A DNA stretch of 64,000 bases from an uncultured Gammaproteobacteria bacterium (GCA_963748215.1 CAVVHS010000009.1:32001-96000); one strand, 5' to 3'. Counted from the stretch's first letter, positions 18,980 through 29,285 are shown. Program-made: numbers and translations. Notes: generated by a model from the letters alone, not told the origin.

Positions 18980-20839
18980 ATGCCGCTCAACAGGATTGTG
19001 AGTGCGTGGAGAAAAGAACGCCTGGGGCTGACGATGATTGTCGCCTCACTCGCGGTAATTACCATTACCGTGCTGCTGCTGTTCCTGCATCAGCAGCGGG
19101 AGGAGCAGGCCCATGTGCGCGAGCAGGGCACGAACCTGGTCCGTATCCTGTCCCGCATTCCCTATGAGCAGTTCGTACCGGTGCCGGGCAAGGCCGGCAT
19201 CCTGTCCGTCCTGCAACAAACCCAGAACACCTCGGCACTGGCCTATCTTGCGATTGTGGACAGCGCGGGCCGTCATGTGGAGGAAATCGCCGGCAGTGGC
19301 GTGATCATCCCGTCTGCGCCAATTTCGACGGATCCCACCGGCTGGGTCGGGCAACGCATGCTGACGATGCCCGCCGGCGGACGCGAGGTTACGGAATTTC
19401 ATGCGCCGCTGTTCGACGGCGGGCAGATGGCCGGCTATGTGCGACTCGGCTATCTCAGGCCCGGCTTCGGCCTGAGCACCGATCAGGTCGCGTTTGTCGC
19501 GACCTTCGCCCTGCCGATCTTCCTGCTGACGCCGCTGTTCTACTTCCTGGTCAGACGGGAAGTCCGCCCCCTGCAGCAGGTCAGCAGCCGGCTCGATCGG
19601 CTGATGGACCAGGGCAGCCTCACCGGCAAGGTGGAACTCGCCGTGAGCGATGAACTGCAGGACTTCATGGGACGTTTCAACCGGTTCGTCGACGGTGCGC
19701 AGCAACGCATCGGTGAACTGGAGGCAGACCGCTCGCGGCTGGTAACCTCGTCGAAGCTACTGTCCTACAAGCGGTCCCGCATCGAATCCGTGCTGCAGTC
19801 GTTCCCGGATGCGGTCATGGTGCTGGATGAAAGCGGTAGCGTGAGCCTGGCCAATGCCAGGATCGGGCAGGTGATGGGCGTTCCGCACGAGGATATCCTC
19901 GGCAAGCGACCGGCGGAATGGTGCAAGGACCCCGATATTATCGCGTTCCTGTCCGGCCAGGGCGGCCGGCGCGGTCATGGCTATCATAGCGATGCGTTTG
20001 AATTCCAGCCGGCTTCCCTGTCGGGCAGGACTTATTCCATATCCCCCTATCCGCTGTTCTCGCCGCGTGACACCTCCGAACTCCTCGGCACGCTGGTGGT
20101 GTTTCGCGATATCACTGCCGAGAAGATGGCAAAAAACAGCAGCGGCGAGTTTGTTGCCCATGTGTCCCATGAACTGAAGACGCCACTGAATGTGCTGGCC
20201 ATGTACAGCGAAATGCTGCAGGGCGAGGAGGGCAACCAGGAACAGTTTCGCATCGAGGCGGCCAACGTGATCCACGACGAGGTTGAACGGCTGACCCTGC
20301 TGATCAACAACATCCTCAGCATCACCAAGATCGAGACCGGCAGCATCAGCATCGAGCGCAAGCGTGTCAAGCTCAGGGATCTGCTGCAGGATGCCTTCGC
20401 TGCCTGCGCGCGCAGCGGTCAGGACAAACATCTGGATTTCCAGCTCGATTTGCCGAAAGAACTCAGCCCGGTGGCGCTGGACAAGGACCTGGTGCGCATT
20501 GCCATAAACAACCTGTTGACCAATGCCATCAAGTACAGCAATGAAAATGGCGTGGTCAGGATGTCCGTCGAGGAGACCGACATGGCCGTGCGGATTTCCG
20601 TCAGCGATGAAGGTATCGGAATTCCACTCGAAGAGCAGGAAAAGATTTTCGAAAAATTCTATCGCTCCCATAGCGAAGAGGTGTCCGGCAGGAGCGGCCA
20701 TGGCCTGGGCCTGTCACTGGCGCGCGAGATTGTCCAGCTGCACCACGGGACGCTGACTGTCAACAGCACGCCCGGCAAGGGATCGGAATTTATCGTTGAG
20801 TTCAACAAGGAGGCCGGCCTTCTGAGGCAGGCGGTGTGA
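18980..20839 (+). CDS. membrane PAS sensor histidine kinase
   Basis: Two TM segments, PAS, HVSHELKTPL H-box, NAIKYS, DEGIG and GLGL motifs. Confidence 0.93.
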   Translation: MPLNRIVSAWRKERLGLTMIVASLAVITITVLLLFLHQQREEQAHVREQGTNLVRILSRIPYEQFVPVPGKAGILSVLQQTQNTSALAYLAIVDSAGRHVEEIAGSGVIIPSAPISTDPTGWVGQRMLTMPAGGREVTEFHAPLFDGGQMAGYVRLGYLRPGFGLSTDQVAFVATFALPIFLLTPLFYFLVRREVRPLQQVSSRLDRLMDQGSLTGKVELAVSDELQDFMGRFNRFVDGAQQRIGELEADRSRLVTSSKLLSYKRSRIESVLQSFPDAVMVLDESGSVSLANARIGQVMGVPHEDILGKRPAEWCKDPDIIAFLSGQGGRRGHGYHSDAFEFQPASLSGRTYSISPYPLFSPRDTSELLGTLVVFRDITAEKMAKNSSGEFVAHVSHELKTPLNVLAMYSEMLQGEEGNQEQFRIEAANVIHDEVERLTLLINNILSITKIETGSISIERKRVKLRDLLQDAFAACARSGQDKHLDFQLDLPKELSPVALDKDLVRIAINNLLTNAIKYSNENGVVRMSVEETDMAVRISVSDEGIGIPLEEQEKIFEKFYRSHSEEVSGRSGHGLGLSLAREIVQLHHGTLTVNSTPGKGSEFIVEFNKEAGLLRQAV

Positions 20840-21246
20840 GCATGAAAAGGATTTTGATTGTCGACGATGAGCCACATGTCATCCGGGTGATGCGGCTGGC
20901 ACTGGAAAATGCCGGCTATAGTGTCGAGGAGGCCGGTAATGGACAGCAGGCGCTGGAAAAGATACGCAGCAATCCGCCTGATCTCCTCATCAGCGATATC
21001 GACATGCCGCGTATGACCGGCAAGGAGCTGTGCAGCAGGATCACGGAGGAGATGCCCGATCGAAAATTCGGTATCTACATCCTGACCGCACGTGCGGAGG
21101 ATGAGCACCGCTCCTGGTCAAGGGCCATGGGCAACCTCGATTTCCTGGAGAAACCGGTCAGTATCCGCAGGCTGCTTGGCCGGCTGGAAGAATTCTTCAT
21201 TAGCAACAGCTTCAGCGGAGAGCGGCAATGTCATCCGAGCCGCTGA
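20836..21246 (+). CDS. single-domain response regulator
   Basis: ILIVDDE, DIDMP, LTA and KP motifs. Confidence 0.92.
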   Translation: MSMKRILIVDDEPHVIRVMRLALENAGYSVEEAGNGQQALEKIRSNPPDLLISDIDMPRMTGKELCSRITEEMPDRKFGIYILTARAEDEHRSWSRAMGNLDFLEKPVSIRRLLGRLEEFFISNSFSGERQCHPSR

Positions 21247-23435
21247 ACGACATCAACTTCGCACGCTACTTCCAGCTGTTGCGGCAATTGATGCCGCGCG
21301 GCATGGACTTCTATGTCTGCAGCCTGTCCGGTGCGGTGCTGGCGGCGGACGCGGGCAACATGGCGCCGGTGGCGCCTTCCAGCGTGAAGGTCGACAGGGC
21401 AATGAAGCAGTTGTCGGTCGGGAATGAATCGCGTCTTGCGGCCGATAAGGGCAGTGACACTATTACCTATGTGATGGATATCCATACATCCGCCGGCGAA
21501 ACGGCCGCGGTGCTTGTCGCCACCGGCCCTGTGGGCGGCGATCCCGGTGCTACGGACCTCGATCATGCCGTGGACGTGGCGTTCATGTCCGTGGTCGAGT
21601 GTATCGAAAAGGAATACCGGCTGACTGTCGAGCTGAATGCCATGGCGCAGGAACTGGCCGGGCGTTACGAGGAAATCAACCTGATGTACGACACCTCGGA
21701 TGCCAATACCAGCATCGAGGATGAGGACATCACGCTGAAGCAGTTGATAGAGAACTACGTCGAATACCTCGATGTGGACATGGTGGCCATAGTCTATCCG
21801 CAGCAGGAGCGTATCCTGTGTGCGCTGGGGAGCCGCGATCCGATCCCTGCGCCCTATGAAATCATACGACGGCTGAGCCGTGACTATTTGCCGCAGGCGC
21901 GGGCGCATGGCAGCTGCCTGCTGATCAACGATATCACCGACCGCCGACGAGATGATCTGTCACTGGAAATGCCCTACAAAATACTCTCCTGTCCCGTCTA
22001 CAACGTTCGCGATGAAATTGACGGGATCCTGATCTGCCTCAACCATATATACCGTGCCGACTTTTACAACAGCGACCGGAGCCTGCTCAAGGTCATGGCC
22101 AAAAAGGTAGCGAAAATCACGCAGACCAACTACGACGCGCTGACCGGGCTGATGAACCAGCTTGCCTTTGAGAGTGTCCTGCAGCGGGCGCTCGACCAGT
22201 CACGTGATGAAGGCGTCTTTCACTGCCTGCTGAATATCGATATTGATCGCCTGCAGGTGGTGAACGAAAGTCTCGGCAGGTCGGCAGGGGATCATGTCAT
22301 CAAGAGTGTTGGCGAGATGCTGCGCCACAAGCTTCGCGGCACGGATTCTGTGAGTTACCTGGGCGAGGGGCGCTATGGTGTGCTGCTCGAAAGCTGCGGT
22401 ATCGAGCAGGGTATGCAGGTGTCGCAGACATTGCGCGAGCAGGTGAAAGAAGGCGGTCTGTCCTGGGACGGGATGGTGCTCGATCTTTCGGTATCCATTG
22501 GCATAACCGTCGTCGAGCCTCACATCCACAAGATTGAGCAGGTGATGGAGGCGGCGGAGCTGGCGCGTGAGGCGGCCAAGGAACTGGGCAATGGCCAGCT
22601 TCAGGTGTTCCGCCAGAATGACCAGGACCTGGTGATGCGCAAACACAATATGCAATACGCGACCACTATCCAGAAGGCGCTGCGTGAGAACCGCTTCCGG
22701 CTCTATTGCCAGACGATCCGGCCAGTGGCGGAAAGCCGTGAAGAGTACCATTTCGAGGTGCTGCTGCGGCTGATCGGCGAGGATGGTGCCGTCATGAGTC
22801 CGGTTGCGTTCCTGCAACCCGCAGAACAGTACAACCTGATGCCGGCCATAGATCGCTGGGTTATCGACGCGACCTTTTCCGCCCTGGCAACGGCCGGCAT
22901 TGCCGGCAAGCCCGGGCAGGGGACAGTGTCCATCAACCTGTCGGGACAGTCACTTACCGATGTTGCTCTGGCGGATTATATCAAGGACAAGTTGCACCAG
23001 TACGGTCTCGCTCCGGACTGTATCTGTTTCGAGGTGACCGAGACGGCGGCCATCGGCAACAAGACGGCTGCACTCAGGATTATCGAGCAACTGAAGAAGC
23101 TGGGATGCCACTTTTCCCTGGATGATTTCGGTACCGGTCTGAGTACGTTCAGTTACCTGAAGGAGCTGCCGGTTGACTATGTGAAAATAGACGGCTCGTT
23201 TGTGCGGAAGATTCTGGAAGACAAGGTGTCGCATGCCATGGTGGCGTCTATCAACCAGATTGGCCATGTCATGGGCTTGCGCACCGTTGCCGAGTTTGTC
23301 GAGAGCGAGGCACTCGCAGAGCGCCTGGCGCTGATGGGGCTGGATTATCTGCAGGGCTACGCCATCGATGAACCGCAGCCGCTGACGGACTACCTGTCCG
23401 GTCTGGCCGGTGCGCGGTCTGTACGGGCCGGATAG
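21228..23435 (+). CDS. GAF-GGDEF(degenerate)-EAL protein, probable c-di-GMP phosphodiesterase
   Basis: DALTGL, degenerate GEGRY, intact EVLLR, DDFGTG and QGY. Confidence 0.9.
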   Translation: MSSEPLNDINFARYFQLLRQLMPRGMDFYVCSLSGAVLAADAGNMAPVAPSSVKVDRAMKQLSVGNESRLAADKGSDTITYVMDIHTSAGETAAVLVATGPVGGDPGATDLDHAVDVAFMSVVECIEKEYRLTVELNAMAQELAGRYEEINLMYDTSDANTSIEDEDITLKQLIENYVEYLDVDMVAIVYPQQERILCALGSRDPIPAPYEIIRRLSRDYLPQARAHGSCLLINDITDRRRDDLSLEMPYKILSCPVYNVRDEIDGILICLNHIYRADFYNSDRSLLKVMAKKVAKITQTNYDALTGLMNQLAFESVLQRALDQSRDEGVFHCLLNIDIDRLQVVNESLGRSAGDHVIKSVGEMLRHKLRGTDSVSYLGEGRYGVLLESCGIEQGMQVSQTLREQVKEGGLSWDGMVLDLSVSIGITVVEPHIHKIEQVMEAAELAREAAKELGNGQLQVFRQNDQDLVMRKHNMQYATTIQKALRENRFRLYCQTIRPVAESREEYHFEVLLRLIGEDGAVMSPVAFLQPAEQYNLMPAIDRWVIDATFSALATAGIAGKPGQGTVSINLSGQSLTDVALADYIKDKLHQYGLAPDCICFEVTETAAIGNKTAALRIIEQLKKLGCHFSLDDFGTGLSTFSYLKELPVDYVKIDGSFVRKILEDKVSHAMVASINQIGHVMGLRTVAEFVESEALAERLALMGLDYLQGYAIDEPQPLTDYLSGLAGARSVRAG

Positions 23436-23523
23436 GCATTGGTACCGGGGTGCGCGTCGTGTCTATCCTGCAACTGATGCTCCTGTCCTGCATTGATACC
23501 CGCCTGCCGGGACGACTGCTGCG

Positions 23524-25569
23524 ATGAGTGCTTCGCCTGAATACATGGCCAACGAGGTGCTGCGCACGCGCGTGGGTGTGATGACACACCTGGCGCCGCG
23601 TACGGCACTGGTCAGCATGGCGGAAATACAGGGGCTTGTCAGTGCAGCCTCCGATTGCCTGCAGGCAGGCGACACCCAGCTGGTAGTGGACCTGGGTTCG
23701 GTCCGGCTGCTCAACAGTGCGGCACTCGAGGCACTGGTGGACATCCAGGAACAGGCGGTGCGACTGGGTGGCTGGCTGAAGCTGGCGCATGCGAACAGCC
23801 TGATCAAGGACATTCTGCAACTCACTACCTTTTCAGACTTCATCACCCTGATGGACGCAGAGTTGCCGCCGTGGCAGCCCGCGGCAGGCCGTCCGAAACG
23901 TCTTGGTGACATCCTGCTGGCCCGCGGACTGCTGACTGAAGAGCGTATAGACGAGGCGCTCGAGCTGCAGAAGCGTAGCTCCCGGCGCATGGGGCAGATT
24001 ATTATCGACAAGGGCTGGGTGACCGAGCAGGACATGCTGAGTGCGCTGGGTGAACAACTGCAGGTTCCCTATGTGCGCCTGCGTGCCGGTATCTACGACC
24101 CGGAAATAATCGGTAGCATCGACAAGCGGGTTGCAAAGCGCCTGCAGGTGCTGCCGCTGCAAAGGCTGCGTCGTGTGCTCTATCTCGCCACCTCCGATCC
24201 ACAGGCCATGCCGGTGTTCGATGAAATCGAAAAACTCACCGGCTGCCGTGTCAGGCCGGTGATCGCCCGGCGTGAGGAGATTATCAACACCTTCAACGAT
24301 GCCTATGCGGGCAATGTCGATACCATTGAGCTGGTGGGCGATATCGATGAAGACTTTTCCATTGTCGAGAACATCGTCCGTGATGACTACGCCACCATCG
24401 ACGAAATGGCGGACGGCAGCCCGATCATCAACCTGGTCAACTCGCTGGTGCAGCGCGCGATCCGCGATGGTGCCAGTGACATCCATATCGAACCATCACG
24501 CCACAGGACACGAATACGCTGCCGTATCGACGGTGTGCTGTACGAGGTCACCACGCTCGGCGCCGAGTATCACCCGTCGATCGTATCGCGTCTCAAGGTG
24601 ATGGCGAATCTCGATATCGCCGAACGTCGCATGCCGCAGGACGGCCGCATCCAGGTTCACACGCAGGGGCGTGCGGTCGACCTGCGCTTCAGCTCGCTGC
24701 CCGGTCTGTTCGGTGAAAAGGTCGTGCTGCGGGTGCTGGACAAGAACCAGGCGCTGCTCGATGTGAACAAACTGGGTATGAGTGAGAATAATCTGAAAAC
24801 CTTCAAGTCGCTGCTGGACAGCAGCCATGGCCTCATCCTGGTAACCGGTCCGACCGGCAGCGGCAAGACCACCTCGCTGTACGCGGCGCTGAATTATCTC
24901 AACAGCATGGAAAAGAACATCGTGACCATCGAGGATCCGGTGGAATACCAGATCGAGATCGTCAACCAGAACGAAGTGCACGAACATATCGGCCTGACCT
25001 TCTCGACCATCCTCAGGCACACCCTGCGCCAGGATCCCGATATCGTCATGGTGGGCGAGATTCGCGATCGCGAGACCGCCGAGATTGCCGTGCAGGCCGC
25101 ACTGACCGGCCATCTCGTGCTGTCGACACTGCACACCAACCACGCCATCGGCGCGATTACGCGCATGATCGACATGGATGTGGAGCCCTATCTGCTGTCG
25201 TCCGCGCTGATCGGTGTGGTCGCGCAGCGCCTGGTGCGCACCATCTGCCCGGCCTGCAAGACCACTTATGTCGCCGGACCCGATCTCGTGAAGCAGTTCG
25301 GCTGGGAGGGTGAGCAGCAGGTGAAGCTGGCGCGCGGGCGCGGCTGCACGGAATGCTACGACTCCGGCTATCGCGGGCGCATGGGCATCCACGAGGTGCT
25401 CGACAGCGACGAGGCGTTGCAGCGCCTGATTACAGCCAACGCCAGCCGTGAGGAACTGACTGCCTACCTGAGGAAGCGCCACATCAGGACACTGTTCCAT
25501 GACGGAATGGACCATGTGCGCAGCGGGGAAACCACGATCGAGGAGGTTTCGCGTGTTATCAATATCTAG
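23524..25569 (+). CDS. GspE/PilB-family assembly ATPase with N-terminal STAS and MshEN domains
   Basis: VVDLGSVRLLNSAAL (STAS), RLGDILLARGLL...ALELQ (MshEN), GPTGSGKT, LRQDPD, CxxC pairs. Confidence 0.93.
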   Translation: MSASPEYMANEVLRTRVGVMTHLAPRTALVSMAEIQGLVSAASDCLQAGDTQLVVDLGSVRLLNSAALEALVDIQEQAVRLGGWLKLAHANSLIKDILQLTTFSDFITLMDAELPPWQPAAGRPKRLGDILLARGLLTEERIDEALELQKRSSRRMGQIIIDKGWVTEQDMLSALGEQLQVPYVRLRAGIYDPEIIGSIDKRVAKRLQVLPLQRLRRVLYLATSDPQAMPVFDEIEKLTGCRVRPVIARREEIINTFNDAYAGNVDTIELVGDIDEDFSIVENIVRDDYATIDEMADGSPIINLVNSLVQRAIRDGASDIHIEPSRHRTRIRCRIDGVLYEVTTLGAEYHPSIVSRLKVMANLDIAERRMPQDGRIQVHTQGRAVDLRFSSLPGLFGEKVVLRVLDKNQALLDVNKLGMSENNLKTFKSLLDSSHGLILVTGPTGSGKTTSLYAALNYLNSMEKNIVTIEDPVEYQIEIVNQNEVHEHIGLTFSTILRHTLRQDPDIVMVGEIRDRETAEIAVQAALTGHLVLSTLHTNHAIGAITRMIDMDVEPYLLSSALIGVVAQRLVRTICPACKTTYVAGPDLVKQFGWEGEQQVKLARGRGCTECYDSGYRGRMGIHEVLDSDEALQRLITANASREELTAYLRKRHIRTLFHDGMDHVRSGETTIEEVSRVINI

Positions 25570-25595
25570 GGAAACTCTGATTTATTCAATGGCAT

Positions 25596-25682
25596 CGTCA
25601 TTGCGAGCGCAGCGAAGCAATCTCTCCATAATGCTGACAATACCCTGGAGATTGCTTCGTCACCCTGTTCCTCGCAATGACG
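25596..25682. repeat. CGTC-type palindromic repeat doublet
   Basis: CGTCATTGCGAGCGCAGCGAAGCAATCT ... AGATTGCTTCG...CTCGCAATGACG in inverted orientation. Confidence 0.8.
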
Positions 25683-25713
25683 GATTAACCGAGGCTTCCC
25701 GGGGAGGCAGTTA

Positions 25714-26838
25714 ATGCCGCTTGAAGTTGCCGCCACGCGCCGGGTCGAGGCCGGCAAGGTACCCGCCAAATCCGCTCCCCGCGCAAGGCGCCACCGGCGT
25801 GTGAAGCCTGGCGTGCGCGAGCGTATGTTCTTTACCGAGCAGCTGTCGCTGCTGCTGGAAACCGGCACACCACTGCATGCCTCCCTGAAGGCGCTGGGCA
25901 AACAGGTCGAAAATCCGGCCATGGCGGACATTATCGCCGGCCTGCAGGAACACATCACCACCGGCAAGTCATTTTCCTGGGCGCTGGCGCAGTACCCCGA
26001 CCTGTTCCCGGGCACCTACGTGAAGCTGGTCAGCGCCGCGGAGGAAGGCGGATTTCTCGACACCGTGCTGCTGGAACTGATGAAGATGGACGAAAAGCGC
26101 GAGGAGCTGCGCAGTACCGTACTGTCGGCGCTGTCCTATCCGGGCTTCCTGATCGCGTTCTCGATCTTCGTGGTCATCTTCGTGCTGGTGGCGGTATTCC
26201 CGAAGTTCGCCACCATGTTTGCCAGCATTGCGGACAAGCTGCCGGTCACCACCATCGTGCTCATGCACGCGAGTCACATCCTGATCGACTACTGGATGCC
26301 GATCCTGGCTGCGATGGTCGGTACCATTGCCGGTGCCGTCTGGTGGCTACGGACGCCGGCCGGCAGTGCGGCGCTGGACAGTTTCAAGATGCGGGTATTC
26401 GGCCTGCGCGATATCTTCATCCAGATCTACCTGATCCAGTCCATGCGCGTGCTGGGCCTGTCACTGGCGAACGGCGTCAGCGTGCCGGATGCCCTGGTCT
26501 CCTGCCGCGAGGTGGTCTCGAACAGGGTATTCCAGCGGTTCCTGGTGGGTATCGAGGGCCGGGTCCGGGAGGGTGGCGGGTTCGCGGCGGCCTTCCAGCA
26601 AGAGGCCTTTATCCCCCCGCTGGTGCGCCAGATGGTGACGACCGGCGAGGAGACCGGCAATCTGCCCCGGGTGCTGAGCCGCGTCGCCGACTACTACGAA
26701 CGCGAGCTGCAGAAGAAACTCGCCGCCTTTTCGCGCATGGTGGAGCCGGTCATGCTGATCGTGATGGGCGCCGTCGTCGGACTGATCGTCAGCTCGCTGA
26801 TCCTGCCCATCTTCAAACTGTCGCAGGCGGTGCACTGA
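25714..26838 (+). CDS. GspF/PilC-family platform protein
   Basis: FTEQLSLLLETG, ALSYP, GEETGNL and VEPVML motifs. Confidence 0.93.
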   Translation: MPLEVAATRRVEAGKVPAKSAPRARRHRRVKPGVRERMFFTEQLSLLLETGTPLHASLKALGKQVENPAMADIIAGLQEHITTGKSFSWALAQYPDLFPGTYVKLVSAAEEGGFLDTVLLELMKMDEKREELRSTVLSALSYPGFLIAFSIFVVIFVLVAVFPKFATMFASIADKLPVTTIVLMHASHILIDYWMPILAAMVGTIAGAVWWLRTPAGSAALDSFKMRVFGLRDIFIQIYLIQSMRVLGLSLANGVSVPDALVSCREVVSNRVFQRFLVGIEGRVREGGGFAAAFQQEAFIPPLVRQMVTTGEETGNLPRVLSRVADYYERELQKKLAAFSRMVEPVMLIVMGAVVGLIVSSLILPIFKLSQAVH

Positions 26839-26847
26839 AGCGTGGAT

Positions 26848-27053
26848 GGTGCGTGGAACGCACCCTACAGTTTGCCACGGTGTGTCTGGCTGCGTAGGGT
26901 GCACTCCGTGCACCATGATCGTTACCCCAGCCGGTGCGTGAAACGCACCCTACGGATTATTGCGATGCCGCCTGATTGGGTAGGGGCACTCCGTGCACCA
27001 TGAATCCCCGCTCCTTGGCCGTTACGGCTGTTGGTGCGTAAAACGCACCCTAC
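26848..27053. repeat. GTAG REP cluster (5 units)
   Basis: Alternating GGTGCGTGGAACGCACCCTAC and GTAGGGTGCACTCCGTGCACC variants. Confidence 0.9.
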
Positions 27054-27094
27054 GAATGCTCAATAAAACAGTGCTGCGCGGTGCCTGGCCTACC

Positions 27095-27122
27095 CGTCAT
27101 TCCGGCGCAAGCCGGAATCCAG
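27095..27122 (+). repeat. single CGTC-type palindrome
   Basis: CGTCATTCCGGCGCAAGCCGGAATCCAG. Confidence 0.7.
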
Positions 27123-27124
27123 AC

Positions 27125-27832
27125 TCAGAACTTGCGTCGGCGTGCCACGCCAATCAAACCCAGCAGGCCGGAACCGAACAGCCAAACGGCGGCAGGGACG
27201 GGTACCGTTGTAATACTCAGCGTTGGCGCGTAATCGCCCGGATTACCTATTTGGGGATTACCAGACGATTCCTTGCTGCTGAATGCGTGGTTACTCGTTG
27301 AGACATTTGCTTGTGTGAGAATGAAGGTGATCAACCCATCGGTATCGTTGTTAATGAAGTCAACAAAAGTGCTGTTACTAAAACTAATGACATTATTACC
27401 TGTATAGCTGATCAAATCCGAGAATAACAGAGTCGTTGATGCGAGATCGATCGAATTTGTCAGTTTTCCTGGTGCGTTACTCCAGTCGATTGTGTCTTCT
27501 GACCAATTGGGTGAGACTGAATCATTCAGCCCATAGATATCTAACCCCAACGAACTAGTTGAGTTATAGCCAAAGAGCTCCAATGAAACCGCGGAAGCGG
27601 GATCTCCGATTGACTGAAAGGCCGTGATATCAAATCCAATGTATGAGTAGATGCTGTAATTGCCACTTGTGAAGGGTGCAAGTTGTGTAATTGCCCCTCC
27701 GAGCGGATCGGTAATGTTGTTGTGAATATTGGCATCATTATTCGTCTGGAAATCGATGGTGACGGCATTAGCGTCAAGTACATACGTGGCAAGACAAGCC
27801 AGCACAACGCCAGCAAGGCGTGATAGCATCAT
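27125..27832 (-). CDS. VPLPA-CTERM (PEP-CTERM-like) sorted surface protein with DNRLRE/CBM96-like domain; low GC
   Basis: Signal peptide; YIGFDI, WSEDTIDWSNAP, FSSKE...PTLSI; C-terminal VPVPAAVWLFGSGLLGLIGVARRRK. Confidence 0.85.
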   Translation of the reverse strand: MMLSRLAGVVLACLATYVLDANAVTIDFQTNNDANIHNNITDPLGGAITQLAPFTSGNYSIYSYIGFDITAFQSIGDPASAVSLELFGYNSTSSLGLDIYGLNDSVSPNWSEDTIDWSNAPGKLTNSIDLASTTLLFSDLISYTGNNVISFSNSTFVDFINNDTDGLITFILTQANVSTSNHAFSSKESSGNPQIGNPGDYAPTLSITTVPVPAAVWLFGSGLLGLIGVARRRKF

Positions 27833-27933
27833 GATGAATCCTCCGTAATCTTGTTTTTTATTGCCGGCCGTTATTTTTTGTAACCGGTTGCGCGCAGGGT
27901 ACACCCATCGACAGGGACCATCAAGCCTGTCCC

Positions 27934-28086
27934 GGTGCGTGGAACGCACCCTACGACACCCCGCGCTGTGTCTGACCGAGTAGGGTGCACTTTGTGCACC
28001 GTCATCGGTGCCCCTGTCGGTGCGTAGAACGCACCCTACGGATTATTGCAGCGCTGTCTGATTGGGTAGGGTGCATTCCATGCACC
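27934..28086. repeat. GTAG REP cluster (4 units) upstream of the RAYT
   Basis: Units at 27934, 27980, 28019 and 28066. Confidence 0.9.
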
Positions 28087-28131
28087 ATGATTGCTGCTCA
28101 CTAACACGAGGACTCATGGCAGGGCGCAATC

Positions 28132-28683
28132 ATGCCGAATTACCGGCGTACCATTGCTCCGGGCGGCACCTTCTTCTTCACGGTTGTCTCCTGGCGGCGC
28201 CGGCCCGTCCTGTGCAATTCTGACATTCGCGCCTCCCTGCGCGCAGCGCTCACGAGCGTCAGGTCAATACACCCTGTCACGGTCGAGGCCATGGTGCTGC
28301 TGCCGGACCATTTGCATTGTATCTGGACATTGCCTGAAGGGGACGCCGATTTCGCCGTGCGTTGGGCAATGATCAAGCGATTGGTAACGCATGATTGCGG
28401 CAGGCGTTACCCTGCATTCGCGAATATTTCCGCGTCCCGCAAGGCGCGGAAAGAGGGCGTTATCTGGCAGCGACGCTACTGGGAGCACCAGGTGCGTGAC
28501 CGGCTGGATCTGATCCGCTGCCTTGATTATCTGCACTGGAATCCGGTCAGGCACGGCTATGTCGGGGCTGTGATCGACTGGCCGTGGTCCAGTTTTCACC
28601 GCTACATGAGGCAGGGACATTACCCGGTGGATTGGGGCGGGCCAGGTGCGATTACCAGAGGAACGGAAGACTTCGGTGAATAG
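28132..28683 (+). CDS. rayT: REP-associated tyrosine transposase (RAYT, Y1 HUH)
   Basis: MPNYRR..PGGTFFFTV, PDHLHCIW (HUH), WQRRYWEH and YLHWNPV; flanked by REPs. Confidence 0.93.
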   Translation: MPNYRRTIAPGGTFFFTVVSWRRRPVLCNSDIRASLRAALTSVRSIHPVTVEAMVLLPDHLHCIWTLPEGDADFAVRWAMIKRLVTHDCGRRYPAFANISASRKARKEGVIWQRRYWEHQVRDRLDLIRCLDYLHWNPVRHGYVGAVIDWPWSSFHRYMRQGHYPVDWGGPGAITRGTEDFGE

Positions 28684-28693
28684 ACCGTGTCAT

Positions 28694-29152
28694 GGTGCGT
28701 AAAACGCACCCTACGGTGTCGCGGTGTATCTAACCGGGTAGGGTGCACTTCGTGCACCGTGATCGGTGCCCCTGTCGGTGCGTAAAACGCACCCTACGCC
28801 CATGGATCATCCCCGCTGCGTAGAACGCACCCTGCGGATTCTCGCATATTGGGTAGGGTGCACTCCGTGCACCGTGATCGGTGCCCCTGTCGGTGCGTAA
28901 AACGCACCCTACGCCCATGGATCATCCCCGCTGCGTTGAACATGCCCTGCGGATTCTGCTATTGGGTAGGGTGCACTCCGTGCACCGTGATCGGTGCCCC
29001 TGTCGGTGCGTGGAACGCACCCTACGCCCATGGATCATTCCCGCTGCGTGGAACGCTCCCTGCGGATTCTGCTATTGGGTAGGGTGCACTCCGTGCACCG
29101 TGAATCCCGCGCCATGCCCGGAGCCTGGATCGCTGCGTGGAGCGCGCCCTGC
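28694..29152. repeat. tandem REP (BIME-like) array with 113-115-bp period
   Basis: GTAG heads at 28738, 28853, 28966 and 29079. Confidence 0.9.
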
Positions 29153-29258
29153 ATCTAACCCACTAATATAAAAGTATTAATTCCGCCTGCCCGGGGCGCC
29201 GGGTAGCGCTGCAGCACCAGCCGGGAAAACACCCAACCCTGTTGATTCCCTCAAAAAG

Positions 29259-29285
29259 TAAAGCCCCCGTAAAAAAAGCCGATAA
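29259..29285 (+). promoter_or_regulatory. consensus sigma-28 promoter of the major pilin gene
   Basis: Exact TAAA-N15-GCCGATAA. Confidence 0.8.
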
